A model generated the notes under the pieces. It did no database searches. It saw only the letters and a list, made by a program, of their open reading frames with translations, and had not been told where the DNA came from. A DNA stretch of 64,000 nt from the IMG/VR virus record IMGVR_UViG_3300032236_001024, positions 128,001-192,000 of that record. The stretch is one strand, 5' to 3'. The DNA comes from a virus (lineage: Duplodnaviria > Caudoviricetes). This document shows positions 9,375-18,935 of this stretch, one piece after another (position 1 is the stretch's first letter; each line of letters starts with the position of its first letter). A program made the translations under genes and the position numbers.

Positions 9375-9466
9375 TGGTAGGGGCTACAGGATTCGAACCT
9401 ATTCGAGAACGCTAATCGGGCGCTAGAAGGTTTATAAGACCTCCCTGTGTACCAACACCAACCCCC
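9375..9466 (-). tRNA. tRNA-Ile(TAT) with long variable arm and 4-nt D-loop
   Basis: GAGGT-CTTATAA-ACCTT, about 24-nt variable region, ATAGG-TTCGAAT-CCTGT, CCA. Confidence 0.75.
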
Positions 9467-9506
9467 ATCCGTTTATATTACATCATCTTGTTTGATAATG
9501 CAATCT

Positions 9507-9677
9507 CTAATTTGGAATAAGCATTTTCTTTTCTGCCTCGTTTATCTCAGCGATGCGTTTTTCCAAATACTTAATGATGATATCATTATCATCACCCTTA
9601 TATATCTTTAACCTATTGTTCAGTTCATCCACAAAAGCTGATTTCTTTAAAATTTCTACGGAATAGTTAAAATTCAT
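9507..9677 (-). CDS. small hypothetical protein (56 aa; not in ORF track)
   Basis: hand translation MNFNYSVEILKKSAFVDELNNRLKIYKG...KMLIPN; AAGGA upstream. Confidence 0.5.
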   Translation of the reverse strand: MNFNYSVEILKKSAFVDELNNRLKIYKGDDNDIIIKYLEKRIAEINEAEKKMLIPN

Positions 9678-9698
9678 GTGAATGATTCCTTTACAGTT

Positions 9699-10373
9699 TT
9701 AGTCCCAGAGACCATGGTAGTATTTAGCAAATAGACGAAGCCCATTTTTTCGACGTTCCCAAGCCTTGTCCATAGCTTCTCTGTCTACTTTGAATGTATG
9801 ATTAGGACCAGTTCCCATTTTTGTATAGCCAGTTTTTTCATCTTTTTCCCAAGTGAAATCAGATGTTCCTGTTTCAAACTGAAGTTCCCATTCATCATCA
9901 ACTTCACATTCAAATGCATGAATCATTTCATCAATAACCCATTCCCAACGATCATGAACTGTGTTATCAATATCCCATTCCTCAATCTTACCATCTGCTG
10001 CAAGTTTAACACGCTCCGGATCAGGATGCAAATGTTCAGGAACATCTTCTAGATCAACATGTGGACTACCATGTTTTTGATCTTTAAGCTTCAAAAGCAT
10101 AGGATGAACAATTAATGCAAGAGTGTGATCCATAGACCACAAATCATAATCATGTATTTTAATATTGATCTTACGTTTTGAATTGATTTTATTAATAGTA
10201 CGGTTTAGAACAACTTGCCAGTTTTCACAACACCATGTGACAATTTTATCAAGGGTTGTGTAATCTTTTTCATTAATATCCCAATAATTATCACCATACT
10301 TTTTTTCAAAGTACCAACGCTCAAATACATAAGCTGACCAATCAGTTTTATACGGTCCCATATAAACTTTCAT
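9699..10373 (-). CDS. conserved phage hypothetical protein (likely start MKVYMGPY)
   Basis: long ORF with HDYDLWSMDHTLALI..PML and W..LF.KYY..LWD pattern. Confidence 0.75.
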   Translation of the reverse strand: MKVYMGPYKTDWSAYVFERWYFEKKYGDNYWDINEKDYTTLDKIVTWCCENWQVVLNRTINKINSKRKINIKIHDYDLWSMDHTLALIVHPMLLKLKDQKHGSPHVDLEDVPEHLHPDPERVKLAADGKIEEWDIDNTVHDRWEWVIDEMIHAFECEVDDEWELQFETGTSDFTWEKDEKTGYTKMGTGPNHTFKVDREAMDKAWERRKNGLRLFAKYYHGLWD

Positions 10374-10540
10374 TAGTCTTCCCTTTCCACTTTCAAACCT
10401 TGTTTGGCAAACCAAGTGATAGCTATCAATTTTTCTTCATCTGTGTAATAAGAAGATTCCAGAACCATATTAATTCTTTTTAGGATATCTGTCAACCAAT
10501 TTATTTGTGCTTGCTTAAGGTCAAGTTCAACATTCGCCAT
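10373..10540 (-). CDS. small hypothetical protein (55 aa; not in ORF track)
   Basis: MANVELDLKQAQ...KVERED, coupled to both neighbours (TGATG and TAATG overlaps). Confidence 0.6.
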   Translation of the reverse strand: MANVELDLKQAQINWLTDILKRINMVLESSYYTDEEKLIAITWFAKQGLKVERED

Positions 10541-11298
10541 CAGAACACCATCCAGTTATTTTTATAATCCATACGATACTTTTCATGATTTACAATTCCC
10601 ATCAAAGTCTTATCAGGCGGGATCATGTTGTATCTTGCTGTCTTTTCATTTGGCTGTGTATAAGATTTCTTTTCTTCAATTGCAGCAATACAAGGACTAG
10701 GATCAACTACACGAAGAGGAATACTAAAAGCATTAGTAACACCCATCATATGATCAATAGAAACACCAAGAGGAAGCATAGGCAATCTATCAAGTGCTTC
10801 TAGACATGCATTCGCAGTCCATGGGGTCAATGCATAAGCATGTGTTCCTTCAAACTTTGTGATATCAACTTTCGTATAAGGAGCATCAATACACTCATAA
10901 TCATCACGATTATCAAACCGATAACCTAAAAAAACAAATTCATGATCTACAACGTCCACATCAAGAAAATTCTTTTTAACCAATGCATCATGTTCAAACA
11001 CTGCAACAGCACCTTTATGATCTGCAGCAATCTTCTTCCATATAGCAAGATGACCAGTTATACAACACTGTTCCTTAAACCATACATCAAAAACAGGATC
11101 ATCCTTATTTTCTTCTACAACACGATTTACACGAAATCCCCATTTCTCATGTATATGATCAACAGTTGTAGGAAGCTTCAAACCAAGAAAAGGAGTTACT
11201 GGAATGCCATGCTCTTCGCAGGACTTCTTACACTCTTCCATATACTTAATTGAATTTGGCTCATCAATGTAAAGAATATATGCATGTTCAATTTTCAT
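10540..11298 (-). CDS. GT25-like glycosyltransferase
   Basis: C..GHLAIWKKI, VFEHDA, GTHAY.L, ID..M. Confidence 0.7.
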   Translation of the reverse strand: MKIEHAYILYIDEPNSIKYMEECKKSCEEHGIPVTPFLGLKLPTTVDHIHEKWGFRVNRVVEENKDDPVFDVWFKEQCCITGHLAIWKKIAADHKGAVAVFEHDALVKKNFLDVDVVDHEFVFLGYRFDNRDDYECIDAPYTKVDITKFEGTHAYALTPWTANACLEALDRLPMLPLGVSIDHMMGVTNAFSIPLRVVDPSPCIAAIEEKKSYTQPNEKTARYNMIPPDKTLMGIVNHEKYRMDYKNNWMVF

Positions 11299-11378
11299 AT
11301 TTCACCTTATGATTTTTTAAATTTTCTTCCTTTATAATACCCTAAAGATATCCATTTTTCAAGATCATCTTTTTTTAT

Positions 11379-11771
11379 TTAGGCGTCTCTCGTAACAAAG
11401 TGAGGACGAATCTTGGTAGGTTCAAAATACTTCTGAACAACTTCAAATACTACATCATCTTCGAAGTCTTTGCAAGAGAAAACATCCATATAGAAATCAC
11501 CATTGTTTTCACAGAAGTGACCAGCAATATGTGATGTTTCAATCATCTGAACAAAACTAATACCAGCCTTATCAGGATCATGTGTTGCAAAACGACTAAT
11601 TATTGGTTCTCCATATGCAACCATGTCAATAGCAAAAACTAACTCTTTTACAAAATTATATACATTTTCTTCAGAAGTAATCAACTCATGATTACCACCA
11701 GAACAATCCAAAAGCAAGTGCCAGCCCCAAGGTTCTACAATCATTTCATTTCTCCATAAAAAAGAATACAC
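11379..11771 (-). CDS. speD: S-adenosylmethionine decarboxylase proenzyme
   Basis: GWHLLLDC, QMIETSHIAGH, DVFSCK. Confidence 0.85.
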   Translation of the reverse strand: MYSFLWRNEMIVEPWGWHLLLDCSGGNHELITSEENVYNFVKELVFAIDMVAYGEPIISRFATHDPDKAGISFVQMIETSHIAGHFCENNGDFYMDVFSCKDFEDDVVFEVVQKYFEPTKIRPHFVTRDA

Positions 11772-11789
11772 CCTATGTATTCGGTTGTG

Positions 11790-12554
11790 TTAAACAGGTC
11801 TTCTATAATCTAAAACATAATTAACGGGGAAATAAGCAACATTTACGGATTTGCTTTGGTTTCCACCAAGAACCTTCACGTATAGTTGATTACCTTCCCA
11901 TTCATAACCATTAAAGAAACCGACATGTCCTGTTTCTGAGCTTTTTCCACGCTTCAAAACAACAATGTCCCCTTCTCTAGGGGTTTTAGTTTTAATACCA
12001 TAAGAAAGAAAACTTCTAGCCATAAGACTATCTGTTCCTTCATATCCAGTACGACGAAGTACTGCATTAGCAAAAGCAGCACACCATGGCGTCCTTACAG
12101 GATCAACAGGTGTGTCATGTGTAGTCGAAGCTTTGAGATAAGTTTTAATTTCTTCTCTATTCTTTCGAGTATTTAGCCCCTCAAGTCTAGAAGCTTCATT
12201 TATAATTTTAGTTTTGGAATTGTTAAATCCTTGATTTGAAATATCAGCAACTTTATTGGTCTGACGAGGTTCAAATTTAGTAGGAACAAATCCAATATTT
12301 TCACAAGCAAAAAATGCAGAAGCTGAAATATCAGAACCAAGATTATAATTATTATAACACTGTGTTTTCAAATCTGCAATAGTTGGTGTTTTATCTTTTA
12401 CCTTATTTTTTACTTGTTGTTTTTTTGTCACTTTTTTCTTTTCCTTCACAGGAATTACAGAAGAAAGTGGTTCAGCATATACATTATTTGGAATCATTTC
12501 TCCAATAGCAAATACACCTAATAATGCAAATACTGAAGTATTTATTTTTTTCAT
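11790..12554 (-). CDS. TIGR02594-like CHAP/NlpC peptidoglycan hydrolase with N-terminal signal/anchor
   Basis: TPWCAAFAN, GHVGFF, VLGGNQS. Confidence 0.8.
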   Translation of the reverse strand: MKKINTSVFALLGVFAIGEMIPNNVYAEPLSSVIPVKEKKKVTKKQQVKNKVKDKTPTIADLKTQCYNNYNLGSDISASAFFACENIGFVPTKFEPRQTNKVADISNQGFNNSKTKIINEASRLEGLNTRKNREEIKTYLKASTTHDTPVDPVRTPWCAAFANAVLRRTGYEGTDSLMARSFLSYGIKTKTPREGDIVVLKRGKSSETGHVGFFNGYEWEGNQLYVKVLGGNQSKSVNVAYFPVNYVLDYRRPV

Positions 12555-12727
12555 TTTAATCTCCTCTCATATGCAGCTATAAATGACAACTTGCTGCAGT
12601 ATGAACACATAGGGTGTATGTGTATTTATTGTTTTTTAATACTTGTTATTCTTCCTTTATAAAATCCATCCCTCATTTATATAATAGTCTTATTGATATT
12701 GCTATTTATATAAATGAGGTGTTTATG

Positions 12728-12798
12728 CTGAGAGACAGGGACTCGAACCCCGATAAGCAGATTCAAAGTCTGCGGTCCTACCATTAGACGATCTCTCA
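12728..12798 (-). tRNA. tRNA-Gln(TTG), CCA not encoded
   Basis: GCAGA-CTTTGAA-TCTGC; acceptor TGAGAGA/TCTCTCA. Confidence 0.88.
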
Positions 12799-12801
12799 AT
12801 T

Positions 12802-12839
12802 ATTGACATAGTTTAATATGATTTGTTAACTATGTCAAT
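12802..12839 (-). promoter_or_regulatory. 12-bp perfect inverted repeat containing TTGACA-N17-TAAACT (tRNA-Gln promoter and/or hairpin after nuclease gene)
   Basis: ATTGACATAGTT-N14-AACTATGTCAAT. Confidence 0.45.
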
Positions 12840-12844
12840 TAATA

Positions 12845-13642
12845 TTATGACTTACAGATTCTTTTCTTATCGTCTGCGATAGTCTTTAAATCAGTTACAG
12901 GAACTGGATTCTTAATATTCTTGGCATCTGGAACAGGGAATGACAAACTTGACATTTTTTCGATATCGTTAACTGTTACTTGATACGTAGCAAAATCAGA
13001 TACCAATCCATCCTTATGAGGGAAATAGAAAGCATAAGATTTCTTAGTTACATTATTAATAATAATTTTAAATAGAGCATCTGGAACAACTACTTTGTTT
13101 GCTCCAATAGTTTTTATTCCACCAATATTACCAGCAATAATAGTATGAGCCTGCTTTGAAGAATACACCCATGCTCTACCAGCTGATTCTAAGTTCTTCC
13201 ATACACCACGATTAACAGAAGGAAGTTGTGGTGACATATTAGACATATAAAATGATTCACGTTCTACAGCCAAATCCCAAGACTGATCAGCATCATTAGC
13301 AAGATGCCCCTGATCATAACCAGAACCAGCATAATCAGTAGGCTTAGGCGAAGCAGCACCAAGTGACTGATCTGCAGTGAATGCATTGGTACGTGGAATA
13401 CATCCAATAGCATGATCAGGTGTTAGTGTCCAAGAAACCCAATCAGGTGTCTTAGTCTGTGGATTAAATGCAAGCAAATAACCTGTACGACAAACAAGTG
13501 TATAACCAGTCTTAATTGCAGGCTGACCATAAGGAATATGAACAGCGCACTGAGCAATAGGAAGAGGTGGTGCTTGGTCTGCAGCGTATACACCAAATGA
13601 TGAAGCCAAGAACAAGAAAGAAGTAATTAATAATTTATTCAT
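12845..13642 (-). CDS. secreted DNA/RNA non-specific endonuclease (NucA/Serratia type)
   Basis: signal peptide; YDQGHLA, SFYMSNMSPQ...NRGVWKNLE. Confidence 0.9.
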   Translation of the reverse strand: MNKLLITSFLFLASSFGVYAADQAPPLPIAQCAVHIPYGQPAIKTGYTLVCRTGYLLAFNPQTKTPDWVSWTLTPDHAIGCIPRTNAFTADQSLGAASPKPTDYAGSGYDQGHLANDADQSWDLAVERESFYMSNMSPQLPSVNRGVWKNLESAGRAWVYSSKQAHTIIAGNIGGIKTIGANKVVVPDALFKIIINNVTKKSYAFYFPHKDGLVSDFATYQVTVNDIEKMSSLSFPVPDAKNIKNPVPVTDLKTIADDKKRICKS

Positions 13643-13674
13643 AATATTTCTCCAAGAAATTATATACCCCTTAT

Positions 13675-14466
13675 TTAGGCATAAAATTTCTTGGTGGCTC
13701 TAGCTTCAAATAACCTAGTACTAGTTACTGATGAAATATCTTTGATATTAAATGCATTTGTTTCTTTTTCAGAGCACACCCACATTTCATCTTTATATCT
13801 AATAGATGCATGTCTGAACCATTCATGCCAATGATCTTTTTGTAAATCAAACCACCATTGATCTGTAATAGGATCAGGCAATTTTTTCACATGAGATGAT
13901 TTAGTCCACCAAAAATTTCCACTATAATGAGGCTCAGGCTCAGTCATATAATTTGTTCCTGCAACGTCAAAATTACTGTCTAGTGAATTTATACATTGCT
14001 TCCATTCATCAATGACTCCCCATACAAGATATTCTTTCCAATAATAATAATTTATAAAACAATCAAAATTATAAGTTTTCAAATATCTTTCAAATGATGT
14101 AATTCCTTTTGAATGATTGTAAAGAAAATATGCATCTTCTTTACATGCATGATCATATAAAAGTTTTATTGTAGTATTTTCATTAACTTGTGGAGGAAAT
14201 GAATGAGCATCATTCAGTGACAATAAATTATTATCATTCCCCATAGGATTATCATATGCTGTGAACTCATACTTATTCGAAAGAGTTTTAGCTAATCCAT
14301 ATGCTAATCTGATATTATCTATGTTGCCGATTACTATTAGATGAATTTTTTCTAACTCATCTAATAGTCCAGAGTCTTCCATTTTTTTATAATTATCTAA
14401 AAGAAATGAAGACCATGCAGCAACATCATCTGTCAGATATAGATGATAGTACGCATATTTTTTCAC
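13675..14466 (-). CDS. hypothetical protein, glycosyltransferase-cluster associated
   Basis: YNHSKG and HYSGNFWW motifs; in sugar operon. Confidence 0.6.
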   Translation of the reverse strand: MKKYAYYHLYLTDDVAAWSSFLLDNYKKMEDSGLLDELEKIHLIVIGNIDNIRLAYGLAKTLSNKYEFTAYDNPMGNDNNLLSLNDAHSFPPQVNENTTIKLLYDHACKEDAYFLYNHSKGITSFERYLKTYNFDCFINYYYWKEYLVWGVIDEWKQCINSLDSNFDVAGTNYMTEPEPHYSGNFWWTKSSHVKKLPDPITDQWWFDLQKDHWHEWFRHASIRYKDEMWVCSEKETNAFNIKDISSVTSTRLFEARATKKFYA

Positions 14467-15725
14467 TTCTTCATCTCAACCTTTGGGAAATAAGTAATGA
14501 AACGATCATACTGATGTTCTTCCTTATTCCTACGTTCCTTAATCTTATTACGAATCTCATCAAAGAAATTCCATGCAAGAGGAACGAAAAGAGTTGTACC
14601 AATATTATCAATAGCATCAGCTGATACAATCGGTATGGAAGAACCGGGAGTAAATCTTCCCTGCTTCAATGGATTATCATCAACAATAAAATCAAGCTTG
14701 ATCTTAGAATAGTTGAGTAGAGTCATACCCTTTGCAGCTGCGCCATAACCAACAACATTCCAACCAATATCATTCTGACGAACAAAATCAGTTTCGTACT
14801 TAAGTTTAGTCACAATATTCTCAGCATTCTGTGCATACTTAATATAAGTATCTTCATCATAACGCTTATTATTTCTTTCAATCTGAATCAATTGATCAAT
14901 CTTACCTTCGAAGAAAGGAAAACGAATTTCAGGATTCTTTGAAATAACAAACACGTAACTAGTGCCATGAATTGGCATATACTGAACATCAAGAAGATGA
15001 AGACCAGCTCTCTTACACAATTCATTCATAGACTGAATATTAAAGAATGAAATGTGCTCATGATAGATGGTATCAAATTCATTGTTTTCAATCATGAATG
15101 CCTGTGATGTTTGAATAAACAACAAAGTATTATCATGCATAGCGTGTTTTGCAGTTTCCAAGAACCCAAGAGGATTTGGTCCATGTGCAAATACATTCTG
15201 TGCAGTGATAACATCAAATGTCATTGGGTCGCCATCAGGCGAAAGAATAGTATCATCAAGGAAATCTTCACCAAAGTAATCGCACCATACTGTGTGATTC
15301 TTAGAAGAACGCTCATACAAATTTTGAGCAGGGTCAACACCATAAGTAATGAATCCCAATTCCTTAAAATAATCTAATTGAGTACCATCATTGCATCCAA
15401 TATCAAGTACAGACAATTGCTTATCAGTTTCACCAAGCGTAGTTTTTACATACTTGGCAAAATGACCACAATGACTATGCATTGTAGTGGCTGTTCCACT
15501 AACATAAAGATAATCATCAAACATAAGATGAGGATCGACAGAATGAGTTAACTGAATGTGATAACAATCAGTACAACGATTAATAGCAAGAGGATACTCT
15601 TCCTGCACATCGTCTTTATTCAATTTATAAGAGTTTGCAAGAGGCTGAGTATTAAGATCAAGAGTAAGCTTAAGATTGTGTGATCCACATGCCACACATG
15701 ATGTAAGTTCTGTACAATTTTCCAT
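14463..15725 (-). CDS. NDP-hexose 3-C-methyltransferase-like SAM methyltransferase
   Basis: N-terminal zinc site CVACG...C..C.HIQL, DIGCNDG, YHEH, GYGAAAKG. Confidence 0.9.
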   Translation of the reverse strand: MENCTELTSCVACGSHNLKLTLDLNTQPLANSYKLNKDDVQEEYPLAINRCTDCYHIQLTHSVDPHLMFDDYLYVSGTATTMHSHCGHFAKYVKTTLGETDKQLSVLDIGCNDGTQLDYFKELGFITYGVDPAQNLYERSSKNHTVWCDYFGEDFLDDTILSPDGDPMTFDVITAQNVFAHGPNPLGFLETAKHAMHDNTLLFIQTSQAFMIENNEFDTIYHEHISFFNIQSMNELCKRAGLHLLDVQYMPIHGTSYVFVISKNPEIRFPFFEGKIDQLIQIERNNKRYDEDTYIKYAQNAENIVTKLKYETDFVRQNDIGWNVVGYGAAAKGMTLLNYSKIKLDFIVDDNPLKQGRFTPGSSIPIVSADAIDNIGTTLFVPLAWNFFDEIRNKIKERRNKEEHQYDRFITYFPKVEMKK

Positions 15726-16414
15726 TATTTAAATGCTCCAATATTTGCTTCTTCAATTCCTCTACTAAACTTTCGAGTCATTTCAACAAGAGGTTCTTTT
15801 TCGAACACAACCATACTATCATAAAATGATATTCCAGACAAGCCAGTTGACATATTCTTTTTTTGTTCAATTTGACCATGACCATCACGCATATGGTTGT
15901 AATTAAGTACATCGACAAAATTTTTACTATACTCATTGAATGACATTAGATTTTTATATCCACCGCCAAATTCACCCCAATAACTTGTATGTGTATCTTC
16001 ACATACATACACACCACCTTCATTTATTATGGGGAAAACTTTTTCAAATGTTGTGATCTGTTGATTCATCGTATGACCACCATCTTCAACAATAGCATCA
16101 ATATTACCAATCTCAGAAAGTGTTCTATCCCAAAAATCTTTAGATGATTGATCGCCAATAATAATTTTTATATTTGGATTGTCATATACCAATTCAGCAC
16201 ATTTTGGTTCAATATCAATACCATACAATTTACTTTCTGGACCAAAATACTTGGACCACATTTCAAGTGATCCACCATTTTGAACTCCAACCTCTACAAA
16301 TGTTATATTTTTTCCTTTAAATTTATGAAAATGTTTTTCATAAACATCGAAATACCTATCCCATTTATCAGAGAATTTATTCAATCCATAGAATATTTCT
16401 CTTAATGTACTCAT
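15725..16414 (-). CDS. class I SAM-dependent methyltransferase
   Basis: KWDRYFDVYE, EVGVQNGGS, EDGGH, CEDTHTSYW. Confidence 0.85.
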   Translation of the reverse strand: MSTLREIFYGLNKFSDKWDRYFDVYEKHFHKFKGKNITFVEVGVQNGGSLEMWSKYFGPESKLYGIDIEPKCAELVYDNPNIKIIIGDQSSKDFWDRTLSEIGNIDAIVEDGGHTMNQQITTFEKVFPIINEGGVYVCEDTHTSYWGEFGGGYKNLMSFNEYSKNFVDVLNYNHMRDGHGQIEQKKNMSTGLSGISFYDSMVVFEKEPLVEMTRKFSRGIEEANIGAFK

Positions 16415-17451
16415 AGTTCAATCCATTCTTTATTTGCAAGAGACCAATCAACAACTTCTTGGATACGTTCCTTCAAAGTCAAACGAGGTTCCCAACCAAG
16501 CTGACGCATAAAATCACCATCCAAAGCATAACGAAGATCATGACCGGGGCGTGAAGTATGAAAGTCAACCATTTCATAATTAAGCTTCTTGCCTTGTGCA
16601 TCAGCAATATATGTAGCAAGCTGTAGATTATTAATTTCTTCCTTGCCAACAACATTAAACTTAGGGCACTTTGCATGACCATAATCAGGTGTATAAACAA
16701 TCTTCTTCTGTTCTTCATTTAAGTGAAGAAGAAAATACATTGCCTCTGCAACATCCTTAGCATGAATATAATAACGAGAACCGGGAATTGTCTTAGAAGA
16801 ATCTGAATGAATAGTAATAGTTTCTTCATCACGAACTTTACGGATACACATAGGAATAAACTTTTCTGGATGCTGACGCTCACCAAAAACGTTCATAGTA
16901 TGCGTAATAAAGATAGGAAGCTTATAAGTATTCTCATAAGCAACACAAAACTCTTCTGCAGCTGCTTTAGAAGCAGAATAAGGATTAGTAGAATTATACC
17001 TATCACGTTCCTTATATGAAACACCTGGAGGTGCAACACCAAAAATTTCATCTGTACTGAAATAAATGAACCGCTCTAGATTCTTTAATGTACGTGCAAA
17101 GTTAAGAATGTTTACAGTACCTACAGTATTGTCCATAACAAATTCCATGGGATGCGTAATAGAACGATCAACATGGCTACTAGCAGCAAGATGCAAGATT
17201 ACATTAACATCGCCAATGAAATTATTATTGATCTCTGTGATTTCTGCCTTAAGATCATGCCATACAATCTTGACTCTCTTACGAGTTTCAGCATCATACT
17301 GAGATACTACACTATGCAATCGGTTTAGATTACCAGAATAATCCAAACGATCTAATGTAACGATTTCCCAATCTGTCTTCTTAAGGAAAAGATCAATAAT
17401 GTGATGCCCAATAAACCCAGCACCACCAGTGATAAGAACACGCTTTGTCAT
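16411..17451 (-). CDS. rmlB: NAD-dependent dTDP-glucose 4,6-dehydratase-like epimerase/dehydratase
   Basis: GGAGFIG, HLAASSHVDRS, STDE, YSASK, RPGHDLRY. Confidence 0.85.
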   Translation of the reverse strand: MTKRVLITGGAGFIGHHIIDLFLKKTDWEIVTLDRLDYSGNLNRLHSVVSQYDAETRKRVKIVWHDLKAEITEINNNFIGDVNVILHLAASSHVDRSITHPMEFVMDNTVGTVNILNFARTLKNLERFIYFSTDEIFGVAPPGVSYKERDRYNSTNPYSASKAAAEEFCVAYENTYKLPIFITHTMNVFGERQHPEKFIPMCIRKVRDEETITIHSDSSKTIPGSRYYIHAKDVAEAMYFLLHLNEEQKKIVYTPDYGHAKCPKFNVVGKEEINNLQLATYIADAQGKKLNYEMVDFHTSRPGHDLRYALDGDFMRQLGWEPRLTLKERIQEVVDWSLANKEWIEL

Positions 17452-17476
17452 TTATTTCTCCATATTAAAATTTTTA

Positions 17477-18247
17477 TTATTCAGAATTGTCCTGAATTTT
17501 CCACGCTCGCAAAACTTCAACAGATTTCTTGTATTCGTAATTATAACCAAGCTTCTCTGTCATGTATTTAGGGAAGAATTCTTTGGTCAAATATTCCATT
17601 TCTTGATATGCTTCAGAATGATCATATGTACTTTCATCTGGTCGCATATGCTTCACAGTATTCTTATGTATAACATATGCAGTGGTTTGTAAATACTGAC
17701 ACCAAATTAAATCCAACCCCCAAACACCTTTTTTGAATTTATAATCAGCCAACAACCTTAAAAGTTTTCTAAAGTTATCATTCCTAAAGAATGGCATCCC
17801 ACATTCAATAAAATCTGTTTGTGTATAAAATAATTCTGGATTGTGTTGCATTAAAGGCCAATTTGACCATGATGTGACAGCTTGATGAAACATTCCAAAA
17901 TCATAGTGTCTAGCAATTGCTAATGCCTCATTCACTGATTGAATATCAGTAGCAAAATCATCATCAAAGCATCCAATATAATCGTAGTCTTCCCATTTAA
18001 TTATTTTAGATGCTTCTTCAATAATATTCCACTTCAAACCTTTACGGCGAATGATATAATCATATGTTCCCGGTTCTGGTTCAAAATCATTATATACTAT
18101 TGCACATGTATCGTATGTGCGTTCAGGTTTAGTAAATCTCCAATGATTATCCTTATCATAATCATCATCAAAAAATAACCCAGTTCCCAATGCAACAAAT
18201 ATTAATGCTCTATTCATATTAAAACCCCGTTCTGTACGAGTTGTCAA
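17477..18247 (-). CDS. DUF707-like glycosyltransferase (likely start MNRALIF)
   Basis: YDYIGCFDDD, DFIECGMPFF, WGLD.IW. Confidence 0.6.
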   Translation of the reverse strand: MTTRTERGFNMNRALIFVALGTGLFFDDDYDKDNHWRFTKPERTYDTCAIVYNDFEPEPGTYDYIIRRKGLKWNIIEEASKIIKWEDYDYIGCFDDDFATDIQSVNEALAIARHYDFGMFHQAVTSWSNWPLMQHNPELFYTQTDFIECGMPFFRNDNFRKLLRLLADYKFKKGVWGLDLIWCQYLQTTAYVIHKNTVKHMRPDESTYDHSEAYQEMEYLTKEFFPKYMTEKLGYNYEYKKSVEVLRAWKIQDNSE

Positions 18248-18926
18248 TTCTGATCTTATTTATCAAGGCTGGCATATCCCTGTTATATACAATTCCTTCT
18301 GCGTTCATCATAGGAACTGCTTCTGGAATAGTCGAAGTTGTTGTAGCATATGGCGTATGATGAAGAAGATTGGTAATTAAATAATTCTGATTCATCATAA
18401 AATACTGTGTATCATATACAAAATTATCGCCCCAACAAATATCTAAACCATCAATAATAGGAATCCAATTATTTCTATGAAGAAACATAAGCATTCCAAA
18501 TCCAAGATGTTCACGGAAATGATATGGGTTTGGGCTATGAACAATATCAATCGTTCCAGTCGTCACAGGAATTTGTGGTGTATCTTTAACACCGGGAGAA
18601 ATACCATACACTCCCCTATGAGGAGAAATATGAGGATAAATTCTATGAAACAACTTAAGATCAAATATCAAATCATCGCCATAAAGACAAATCTTATCAT
18701 ACTTTACTTCTGGTACAGCATAATTCCATGCTGGGTTTACATAAATGTTTTTCCCAAAAGTATGCATAGTGATATTAGGATGATTAAGAATTTCAATATT
18801 TGGTCTTTCTTCTGGGTTGTTATCAATAATAAAAATCTCACCCACATATGAGCTAGATAACATATCCCCAAGAAATTGATAAAATGGTTTATATTTCCAC
18901 ATTGTGGGTACAATAACACTAATCAT
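18219..18926 (-). CDS. GT-A fold glycosyltransferase
   Basis: MISVIVPTMWK, IIDN, NIYVNPAWN, GDD. Confidence 0.7.
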   Translation of the reverse strand: MISVIVPTMWKYKPFYQFLGDMLSSSYVGEIFIIDNNPEERPNIEILNHPNITMHTFGKNIYVNPAWNYAVPEVKYDKICLYGDDLIFDLKLFHRIYPHISPHRGVYGISPGVKDTPQIPVTTGTIDIVHSPNPYHFREHLGFGMLMFLHRNNWIPIIDGLDICWGDNFVYDTQYFMMNQNYLITNLLHHTPYATTTSTIPEAVPMMNAEGIVYNRDMPALINKIRIDNSYRTGF

Positions 18927-18935
18927 AATAACCTC

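Noticed and set aside
12728-12798. tRNA-Gln as a pseudogene because CCA is missing
   Set aside because: Stems and loops are intact; CCA can be added by the host enzyme.
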